DNA of 64,000 nt from positions 3,186 through 67,185 of the forward strand of contig JAFUVF010000004.1 in the NCBI GenBank assembly GCA_017483735.1. Direction: 5' to 3'. This DNA is from Lachnospiraceae bacterium (GTDB taxonomy: Bacteria > Bacillota > Clostridia > Lachnospirales > Lachnospiraceae). Within the stretch, counting starts at the first letter, position 1. The number at the start of each line of letters is the position of its first letter. Below are positions 57,037 through 64,000 of the stretch, one piece after another. The notes under the pieces were generated by a model. The model was not told the origin of the DNA and made no database searches. It saw nothing but the letters and a program-made list of their open reading frames with translations. The translations under genes and the position numbers were made by a program.

Positions 57037-57954
57037 TTATGAATTTTTCTTTATCTCTTCCGAAACTACCGCTGCCAGAGCGATTGAATTTACCTTCGTC
57101 TCGAAGGTGTCGGAGCGGCTCGTAAGGATTGCGGGCACCTTGGTTCCCGTGAGAATGCAGCCGTTCTTCACGCCGGACACCATATGCACTATAGCCTTGT
57201 ACACAAGATTTCCCGCATGGATATCCGGGAAGAGAAGCACATCCGCATCCCCCTGAATCTTTCTGTCGGTAGCTCCCTTGTGCTTTGCAGCCTCCGGGTC
57301 GATTGCAAGGTCAAGCGACAAAGGACCGTCCACAATGCAGCCCTCTATCTCTCCCCTTTCACACATCTTTGTGAGCTCGTCAGCCTCCACAGTAACAGGC
57401 ATCTTGGGGTTTACCACCTCAACTGCGGCAATTGGAGAAACCTTTGGAAGCTCCACACCGCAGGCCTTACATACGGGAAGCGTATTCTTTATGATATTAA
57501 CCTTGTCCTCCAATGTGGGATAAGTCATAAACGCTACATCCGTGAGGAATAGCAGCCTGTCAATGCCGGGGATGTCAAAAACGCACACATGAGAGAGGGG
57601 ACCGCCTGTTCTTAAGCCTACCTCCTTGTCTAGAACACTCTTTAAGAAATTCTTGCTGTCGATAAGCCCCTTCATATACATATCAGCCTTGCCGTCATGT
57701 GCAAGCTTGACCGCCTTTAAGGACGCCTCTATCATATCGGGCTCGTTGATGATCTCAAAGTCCGAAAGATCCATGTTGATGGTTTTTGCAATCTCTCTGA
57801 TTTTTGTCTCGTCGCCTACGAGGATTGCATCTGCGATTCCTCTCTCTTTTGCCGCCTTTACCGCCTCCAGCACAGCATCATCCTGCGCCACGGATACGGC
57901 AACTGTTTTCTTTTCGCACTCCTTTACCTTTGAAATAATGTCATCAAAATGCAT
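57037..57954 (-). CDS. ptb: phosphate butyryltransferase
   Basis: 305 aa of the PTA/PTB family, paired with buk. Confidence 0.85.
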   Translation of the reverse strand: MHFDDIISKVKECEKKTVAVSVAQDDAVLEAVKAAKERGIADAILVGDETKIREIAKTINMDLSDFEIINEPDMIEASLKAVKLAHDGKADMYMKGLIDSKNFLKSVLDKEVGLRTGGPLSHVCVFDIPGIDRLLFLTDVAFMTYPTLEDKVNIIKNTLPVCKACGVELPKVSPIAAVEVVNPKMPVTVEADELTKMCERGEIEGCIVDGPLSLDLAIDPEAAKHKGATDRKIQGDADVLLFPDIHAGNLVYKAIVHMVSGVKNGCILTGTKVPAILTSRSDTFETKVNSIALAAVVSEEIKKNS

Positions 57955-58011
57955 TTTTCTTTCCTCCTGCTCTGTGCATTTATATATTTATGAGCTTAAG
58001 CACTCCGCTTA

Positions 58012-58929
58012 TCACATTTTTCTGTATAATGCCTCTATATCGGCATATTTCGGAAGTCCCTCCGAAAATGCTCCGGCGCTCCCCGCCGCTATTCCCCATT
58101 TAAGCGCAGATGAATAATCCCTGCTTCTTTCATATTCCGCAATAAATCCCGCAAGCATTGAATCCCCTGCTCCTACCGAGTTTATTGCATCTCCCTTTGG
58201 TGCTTTTTCAAAATAGCTTTTCCCGTCTTCGGATGAAAGTACCGCTCCCCTGTCCGCCATGGACACAAGGACATTTTTTACGCCCCTTTTTCTGATATCT
58301 TCGGCATATTCTGCGATTACCTTTTCATCCGTCGTTATCTCTTTTCCCAAAAGGGCGCAAACCTCTATATGATTCGGCTTTATGAGATATGGCTTTGCCT
58401 CTATTGCCTCCTTTAATGCTTCATCCGAGGTGTCGATAATCACCCTCACTCTGCCACCGTGCTTTTTATGCAAATGCACCGCAATATCCCTGTATATCGT
58501 GGGCTTCACAGACTTAGGCACACTCCCCGACAGCACGAGCAAATCGCCTGCCTTCAATTCATCAAGCTGTGAATACAAAGCCTCCGTATCGTCTGTTTTT
58601 ATATCGGGTCCCTGACCGTTTATCTCAGTTTCTTTAAAACCGGTTTTAAGCTTTATATTGATTCTTGAATTTCCGTGTAAAACATCAATAAATTTCTCTC
58701 TTATGCCCTGCCCTTTTAATTCCGTCCTGATCTTTTCCCCGGTAAAGCCTGCGATAAATCCAAGAGCTATGGACTCTGTCGAAAATTCCTTAAGCACGAG
58801 CGAGACATTTATCCCCTTGCCTCCTGCAAAAAAGCTTTCCGATGTGCTCCTGTTCATCCCTCCCTCAGTAAAATTTGCGACCCGCACAACATAGTCGATG
58901 GAGGGATTCAATGTAACCGTATATATCAC
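58012..58929 (-). CDS. PfkB-family sugar kinase, 1-phosphofructokinase-like
   Basis: 305 aa beginning with a GTG start (MIYTVTLNPSIDY) and carrying GAGDSMLAGF. It is LacC/FruK-like, and the substrate is not determinable here. Confidence 0.7.
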   Translation of the reverse strand: MIYTVTLNPSIDYVVRVANFTEGGMNRSTSESFFAGGKGINVSLVLKEFSTESIALGFIAGFTGEKIRTELKGQGIREKFIDVLHGNSRINIKLKTGFKETEINGQGPDIKTDDTEALYSQLDELKAGDLLVLSGSVPKSVKPTIYRDIAVHLHKKHGGRVRVIIDTSDEALKEAIEAKPYLIKPNHIEVCALLGKEITTDEKVIAEYAEDIRKRGVKNVLVSMADRGAVLSSEDGKSYFEKAPKGDAINSVGAGDSMLAGFIAEYERSRDYSSALKWGIAAGSAGAFSEGLPKYADIEALYRKM

Positions 58930-58965
58930 AGCAATACCTTTTAAAGATTGTTAAAATATAGTCAT

Positions 58966-58994
58966 AATATAGCATATCTTTATCATTAAAACAA
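58966..58994 (-). promoter_or_regulatory. sigma-70 promoter for the kinase-ptb-buk unit (TTGTTT-17-TATATT)
   Basis: On the minus strand, TTGTTT (58989-58994) is followed by a 17-nt spacer and TATATT (58966-58971). Confidence 0.45.
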
Positions 58995-59004
58995 CTTAAT
59001 GTTT

Positions 59005-59841
59005 TTATTTGAACGTCGCCCTCAAATCTTGATTGTATGGGACTTGCGGCACCTCCTCCGCTATAATCCTCCTAAGCCTCTCAAAATTTTCCTTTGAATT
59101 GGCTGCCACAAAGGGAAATATCTTGTCTATCTGAAATCCGTCGTCATACAGACATTCCCAATACCCTCCCGCTTCCTCTATGAGAAGCGCACCCGCAGCC
59201 ACATCCCACGGGGATATCCTCATTTCAAAATAAAGCTCAACCCTGCCTGCCGCCAGCTGCGCAAGCTCCAACGCAGCCGAACCGAAGCGCCTTAAGTCGT
59301 CCGCCTCATCATATACTCTTCCGATAATATTGAGACAAGGCTTTGCAAACCTCTTGTCATACAGACTCATTGCCGAGCAGAGATGAGAATGGGCAAAATC
59401 CCTGTCGGACACGTAAAGTCTTTCGCCGTTGCAATATGCCCCACAGCCTCTTGCGCCATAAAACATTTCGTCCCTATACGGATTGTATATGATTCCCGCC
59501 TGCAACTCTCCGTTTCTGACAAGCGCAATGGATATCACGGAAGCGCCAAGATCCCTTATAAAATTCGATGTGCCGTCTATGGGGTCAATGACCCATATAT
59601 CCCTGCCCTCATGCTTCCATTCCCTGCTCTCCTCGCCTACAACCACACTTTCTGGGAGAAGCTTAAGAAGCCCCTCCGTGACATAGCTCTGCACGGCGAT
59701 ATCGGATTCTGTGACATAGTTTGAAGCATTGCCCTTCTGGGTTATCTCACTCTGCTTCGGGCGATTCTTCATTATCCCGCTGGCTTTTCTCGCTATATCG
59801 CAGACCTTCAAGGCAAGCGACAGGTTCTCGTTTTCTGCCAT
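59005..59841 (-). CDS. inositol monophosphatase family protein
   Basis: 278 aa with WVIDPIDGTSNF and the WD..AG motif (ISPWDVAAGALLI). Confidence 0.85.
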   Translation of the reverse strand: MAENENLSLALKVCDIARKASGIMKNRPKQSEITQKGNASNYVTESDIAVQSYVTEGLLKLLPESVVVGEESREWKHEGRDIWVIDPIDGTSNFIRDLGASVISIALVRNGELQAGIIYNPYRDEMFYGARGCGAYCNGERLYVSDRDFAHSHLCSAMSLYDKRFAKPCLNIIGRVYDEADDLRRFGSAALELAQLAAGRVELYFEMRISPWDVAAGALLIEEAGGYWECLYDDGFQIDKIFPFVAANSKENFERLRRIIAEEVPQVPYNQDLRATFK

Positions 59842-59844
59842 ATT

Positions 59845-60330
59845 TCATTTTCCTCCCGTAACATCAAGCTTCGACAAAAGCGCCTCGCAGCCTTCTAAAA
59901 TCTGTCTGTATACCCCCGCAAAATCCCCTGTATACCATGGGTCGTCAATATCCTCTTCCTTGTCTGCAAAATCCATCAACAGACGCACCTTTCCCTCCGG
60001 GTCTCCTCCGAGAATACGATGCATATAGCTCATATTAAGCTGCTCCATGCCTATGATATAATCCCACTTATCATAATCATCCCGGCTAAGCTGCCTTGCA
60101 CGCTTCATCGAAAGCCCCAGCTCGTTTTCCGAAGTGCCTATGCCATGCGCCATAAGCTCACGCTTCGCCGGAGGATAAACAGGATTTCCTATCTCCTCCG
60201 TGCTTGTGGCGGCGGACTCGATATGAAACTCCTCCGCTATGCCACGTTTTGCGACCATATCCTTTAGTATAAATTCTGCCATCGGGGAACGGCAGATGTT
60301 GCCCCAGCAGACGAACAGTATTCTTATCAT
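59845..60330 (-). CDS. low-molecular-weight protein-tyrosine phosphatase
   Basis: About 161 aa from MIRILFVCWGNICRSPMAE (CX5R(S) P-loop), with a DP motif later. The ORF track's upstream ATG (60345) has no RBS. Confidence 0.85.
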   Translation of the reverse strand: MIRILFVCWGNICRSPMAEFILKDMVAKRGIAEEFHIESAATSTEEIGNPVYPPAKRELMAHGIGTSENELGLSMKRARQLSRDDYDKWDYIIGMEQLNMSYMHRILGGDPEGKVRLLMDFADKEEDIDDPWYTGDFAGVYRQILEGCEALLSKLDVTGGK

Positions 60331-60471
60331 GCTCGAAAACCTCATATTTTACGTTTTTTGCACACCTTAAGCATTGGCATAAACTGATGGATTTTGATGC
60401 AAAATATCCATCAAAAGGTGCAAATCAAGGTGCAAAACCGACTTACTTGCACCTCAACTATTTCCCATGAA

Positions 60472-61746
60472 TCAGCCATTTGATGCTTCATCTCTATAGT
60501 CTGAAAAATCTCTTACATTATCAGTATCTGGCTTTGATATCTTTTCGCCGCCATCTTTGGTTATACGGGACATCTCATCAGCTGCATCCTCAAATCCTAT
60601 ATGAGTATACGTATTTAAGGTTACCCCAATGTCTGAATGTCCCATGATGTACTGTAGCGTTTTTGGATTCATACCAGCCGATGCCATACGACTGCAAAAA
60701 GTATGTCGGCAGATATGAGGTGTCACTTTAGGCATCTGCACCCTGTAGATATTGTTATACTTCTCGCAGATATGCTGGAAGTATTTCTCCCAATGCATTG
60801 CCACCATAGGATGCTCATCTTTATCCAAAAACAGAAATCCTGCATAGCCGTCCACCATTGGCTCAACCTTCGGCGTAGGACGCTTGGCTATTATACTCTT
60901 AAAACACTCAGCCACTTCCTCTGTCATAGGCACATACCTTTCTCCAGATTCGGTCTTGGTCTCTCGGATATTGTAGCCTATGCCATTATTTCTCTGTAAC
61001 TGATGATCTACATGGATTCTCATACTATCAAAATCAATATCTTTGAAGGTCAGTCCAACGAATTCTGATATTCTGAGTCCTGTATTAAAAAGAATATAGA
61101 TTCCATCATAGTATTTGCTGAAATGAGAGTCCTCTTTAACAAATCTCAGGAATTTACGTTCGTTTTCTCTCGATAATGCTTCTCTTGTCACGCTGTCATT
61201 ATAAATAACAGATGCCAGCTCAAAGGAAAACGGATTCTTTCTAACATAATCGTTATCTACAGCCATCTGAAACGCTGGTCTAAGCACACCTCTTATTGTA
61301 TGGATAGAGCTGTACCCTCTACCATTCTTCTGAAGCTGCACGAGCCACGTTTGAGCATCAAGAACTTTGACCTTATCGATCCGCTTCTTGCCAAATGAGT
61401 CTTTTTTCAAGAGATTAATGACCGTCTTATATCCAGCCTCTGTACTTGGACGAACACCCTTCTTCAGCGATACATATTTTTCAACCAAAGCTAATACTGT
61501 TAATTTGCCTCCTTCTGGAACAATCTGATCGATCATATCTGCCGCAATCTGTTTTTCGAGCTCTCTAAGTGATGGTTCCCTCTTCTTTCCAGTCGGAGTA
61601 GGATCATTATGATCAAGTCTCCAAGACCTTACATACTTAGAATCTCCAAAAGCGTCTGCATACTTAAATCTGTAACGACCACTTTTTTCCTGTATTTCAC
61701 CATTGCGTAAGATTCGACCACGATTGTCTCGTCTTTTTTCGCTCAT
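60472..61746 (-). CDS. int: Tn916-family tyrosine integrase
   Basis: 424 aa from MSEKRRDNRGRILRNGEIQEKSGRYRFKY, very close to the Int-Tn916 N-terminus recalled from memory. The C-terminal HICRHTF...GHSDIGVTLNTYTH catalytic box is present. Confidence 0.9.
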   Translation of the reverse strand: MSEKRRDNRGRILRNGEIQEKSGRYRFKYADAFGDSKYVRSWRLDHNDPTPTGKKREPSLRELEKQIAADMIDQIVPEGGKLTVLALVEKYVSLKKGVRPSTEAGYKTVINLLKKDSFGKKRIDKVKVLDAQTWLVQLQKNGRGYSSIHTIRGVLRPAFQMAVDNDYVRKNPFSFELASVIYNDSVTREALSRENERKFLRFVKEDSHFSKYYDGIYILFNTGLRISEFVGLTFKDIDFDSMRIHVDHQLQRNNGIGYNIRETKTESGERYVPMTEEVAECFKSIIAKRPTPKVEPMVDGYAGFLFLDKDEHPMVAMHWEKYFQHICEKYNNIYRVQMPKVTPHICRHTFCSRMASAGMNPKTLQYIMGHSDIGVTLNTYTHIGFEDAADEMSRITKDGGEKISKPDTDNVRDFSDYRDEASNG

Positions 61747-61847
61747 GTATATTGTCTCCTTTCTTCGATTAGAAAGGCTCCAATATGGCTTTTTAATACT
61801 ATCACAAATAGCACTCTTCTGCCATAAGAAACCGCCAGTTCTGCCAT

Positions 61848-62192
61848 TCAGATGCAAGTAGCATTATCAATGTACTCCTCAAACAGTTTTCTCTTAAACT
61901 GTGTCCGATTTCCAACAGCCAACAGATAATCTGCATTTGGATTTTCTGCAATAAGATTTCTAAGCCTTTTTTGCCCGATGCCATAATAAATTGCAGCCTC
62001 TTCAACTGATAATGTGTACCGTTCGCTCACTGGAACCTCTGGCTTTTTATGTACCGCTATGCTTTTCCTTGCAGGTATTCCCTTCACGTTATATCCTCCT
62101 CTGTAGTAGAGGATATAGCTGAGAAGGACAGACTTGCTGTTTTCAAAAATAGCATCGTTCAGATTTAATTTAGGTACTGTTAGTTCATGCAT
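61848..62192 (-). CDS. xis: excisionase-family DNA-binding protein (Xis-Tn916-like C-terminal half)
   Basis: ERYTLSVEEAAIYYGIGQKRLRNLIAENPNADYLLAVGNRTQFKRKLFEEYID parallels Xis-Tn916. I chose the ATG at 62192 as the start, after GAGGTG. The ~45-aa N-terminal extension is of unknown function. Confidence 0.75.
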   Translation of the reverse strand: MHELTVPKLNLNDAIFENSKSVLLSYILYYRGGYNVKGIPARKSIAVHKKPEVPVSERYTLSVEEAAIYYGIGQKRLRNLIAENPNADYLLAVGNRTQFKRKLFEEYIDNATCI

Positions 62193-62245
62193 ATGCTTCA
62201 CCTCTTTCTTGTACCGGACAGGCAAAGCCTGTCCGGGTATATTGT

Positions 62246-62605
62246 TTACTTGGTTTCAAAATCAAACATTGTAAATCCTATGTATAATCTCTGTAGATGC
62301 TCTGGAATATTTGTCGGTGGTGCGTCATAAATCTTAGTTGCCCTCACACTTGAATCGTTAAGATTTCTTGATGTCCCATCATCAAAATAAACCATATTTT
62401 CATACTGGAGACCGAAATGCTTATGACTTCCTACTCTCTCGTACTTCTTCAACGAAACATTAAAGACAAAATCCTGTATCTCAGCTTCAATATACTGGCA
62501 TACTCCTACTTGGTCTGGCTTAACGTGTTTCATGTTCTCCCTATTCTTTTTTAAGCGACGGGTTCGCTTTTGCTCATCCGTCAAGTTCAATGATGGTCGG
62601 CCCAT
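62246..62605 (-). CDS. hypothetical protein of the mobile element
   Basis: 119 aa from MGRPSLNLTDEQK, with AGGAGG 8 nt upstream. I recognise no family. Confidence 0.55.
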   Translation of the reverse strand: MGRPSLNLTDEQKRTRRLKKNRENMKHVKPDQVGVCQYIEAEIQDFVFNVSLKKYERVGSHKHFGLQYENMVYFDDGTSRNLNDSSVRATKIYDAPPTNIPEHLQRLYIGFTMFDFETK

Positions 62606-62621
62606 GGCGACTACCTCCTTT

Positions 62622-63773
62622 TTATAAAATGATCTGCGGTGCTTTATTGAACACCATAGATTGCTTGTAATTAGGATCTGGTCTAAACAGATCGAATTGC
62701 GGATAGTAGTAGAAACCACAATGATAACTGGCTATCCCATATCTGTTCTTTAAGCAAACAAGTTCAACTTTTCTCGGCGATTCAGCTTTAGCAGCTGCAA
62801 TAAGTGCTCTTTTCTGTGCTATTCCCTTGGCTGATGTGAATGTAGGGTCATTCAGAATCTGAAGCTGCAAGCCCCAAACAACATCGGCACTATACTCAAT
62901 GGAGCCAGACTCCTTAAAGGATTCGAAATCAATCGGAAGCATATAATTACCTCTGTTGATGGAACTAATAGCAATTACTACCGCGTTATACTTTCTTTGA
63001 AGCATCTTCAAGCGTTTGGTAATACTATCTACCTTAGTCTTATCAGTCCCTTGTGTGTTTTCTTGAATAATCTGCAAATAATCAACAATAATAACTGGTA
63101 CAGTACCTGTTGTTTTTACATAGTCTTCTACGGTTCTTTCTATAGCCGTCATATCAGTCTGGAAATCGCCTTCAATGATCGTAAACAAGTTTGTAATCTG
63201 ATCATATTTTTTTATTGCGTCCACTACTTCCTGCGTGATATCACCTTTTCGTATCTGAATAGCTGTCTTCGCGTAACTCGTGTTTTTCATATTATCCAAA
63301 GCCGTTATTCTGCTTAGCGATTTAGAAACCAATTCCAGCTCACTCTGCTCCAAAGTGAAATAAATCACAGATTCATTTGAATCCACCATCTGATCCGCTA
63401 TCTGCAACACAAATGTTGTTTTTCCTATTGAAGATCCAGCACCCAAGACATAAAAGCCTGGGTACATAGAACCAATAATAGTATCAAGATTAGAATATCC
63501 TGTTTTCTTGCCGCTGCTGGCTTTAAAAGACTGGATTTCTCCCTTAAATTGTTTTCTAAGATAGTTACTTACTGTCCTTTTATAGAATCCAGGAACATAA
63601 TTGGGTTGATTTATCGGTATACTACTATTTGGTTGTTGGATATTACTATTCATCTGTACTGTATTAATACTTGCGGCAGAAGTAGTAGTATCCATTTTTT
63701 CAGAGTGCTTTTCAAAATCATTCATTACCGAAAAAGGATCATAAGGCTCTGTTTCAATGTTTTCTTGGTTCAT
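62622..63773 (-). CDS. DnaB-like helicase C-terminal-domain (RecA-fold) ATPase
   Basis: 383 aa from MNQENIE, after GGAGGTG. Walker A is GAGSSIGKTTF and Walker B is IIVDYLQ, followed by a KaiC/DnaB-like arrangement. The N-terminal primase-binding domain of DnaB is absent. Confidence 0.7.
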   Translation of the reverse strand: MNQENIETEPYDPFSVMNDFEKHSEKMDTTTSAASINTVQMNSNIQQPNSSIPINQPNYVPGFYKRTVSNYLRKQFKGEIQSFKASSGKKTGYSNLDTIIGSMYPGFYVLGAGSSIGKTTFVLQIADQMVDSNESVIYFTLEQSELELVSKSLSRITALDNMKNTSYAKTAIQIRKGDITQEVVDAIKKYDQITNLFTIIEGDFQTDMTAIERTVEDYVKTTGTVPVIIVDYLQIIQENTQGTDKTKVDSITKRLKMLQRKYNAVVIAISSINRGNYMLPIDFESFKESGSIEYSADVVWGLQLQILNDPTFTSAKGIAQKRALIAAAKAESPRKVELVCLKNRYGIASYHCGFYYYPQFDLFRPDPNYKQSMVFNKAPQIIL

Positions 63774-63937
63774 GACTTTCACCTCCTTCCCGAAGCATAT
63801 TGTGATTATGATTAAACAACATAAGGCGGTTGGCTTGTAGTACAAGCAACCGCCCCTATTCTTTTATAAATATATACAAAAAGAGACACCCCACCAGCCA
63901 GCATGTTTACTGGCTTTGCAGAATGTCCCTGTGCGTT

Positions 63938-63995
63938 TTATTACATGTTATTTGCGTCTTATTACACGTTATTGTTGCTATATTACAACTTAAAT
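63938..63995. repeat. iteron-like direct repeats (period ~21 nt) upstream of the DnaB-like gene
   Basis: The repeats are TTATTACATGTTATTTG, TTATTACACGTTATTGTTG and TATATTACAACTTA. They run up to the end of the window. Confidence 0.55.
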
Positions 63996-64000
63996 TATAA

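Larger units (their letters stand above)
60346..64000. mobile_element. left end of a Tn916-like integrative (conjugative/mobilisable) element or related island, continuing beyond the window
   Basis: Composition shifts abruptly to visibly AT-rich DNA. An Int-Tn/Xis-Tn-like gene pair points towards the junction. Repeated GGTGCAA motifs lie between the int stop and the host LMW-PTP gene. Confidence 0.75.

Noticed and set aside
1-64000. A search for rRNA, tRNA, tmRNA, CRISPR arrays, IS elements and transposase genes.
   Set aside because: No intergenic gap shows a tRNA-like cloverleaf sequence, rRNA-like conservation or a regularly spaced short repeat array. The only mobile-element genes seen are the two tyrosine recombinases and the Tn916-like xis.

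Overview
This is a 64-kb chromosomal window from what looks like a Clostridia or Lachnospiraceae-type gut anaerobe. That origin is inferred from ptb-buk, the pectin and raffinose utilisation genes, strong AGGAGG ribosome-binding sites and about 50% GC judged by eye.

Gene content from left to right:
- Tail of a Tad/Flp-pilus-like module (46-2841).
- Rhamnogalacturonan acetylesterase (2965-3684).
- Two mirror-image paralogous LplABC/YtcQ-type ABC importer operons (3775-7374 minus, 8757-12373 plus), transcribed outward from a 1.3-kb cassette whose only gene is a tyrosine recombinase (7561-8622).
- Housekeeping block: ispD, tsaD, rnz, rimI, tsaB, tsaE.
- ribU with an FMN riboswitch.
- Four-gene operon headed by a divergent flagellin-like gene.
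- prfB and secA.
- 2-aminoethylphosphonate biosynthesis cluster, divergent from a YidC-TagF fusion gene.
- rpe, a pectinesterase and a Cof phosphatase.
- Sucrose/raffinose locus: amylosucrase, fructokinase, ABC importer, GH32, LacI regulator, GH36.
- HerA-like ATPase preceded by a tandem structured repeat.
- Barnase-barstar pair.
- Galacturonate/pectin block: GH28, uxaA, uxaB, uxaC and an AraC regulator.
- buk-ptb, a PfkB kinase, an IMPase and an LMW-PTP.
- From about 60.35 kb to the window end, the AT-rich end of a Tn916-like integrative element (Int, Xis, DnaB-like helicase).

I saw no rRNA, tRNA or CRISPR array.

The best candidate for an undescribed system is the recombinase-centred inverted duplication. 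Near-identical inverted repeats of about 190 bp cover the Shine-Dalgarno site and signal peptide of both binding-protein genes. They bracket the recombinase cassette, and the promoter geometry fits an invertible switch that would express one importer or the other.

All coordinates and identities come from reading and hand alignment. No database search was run.
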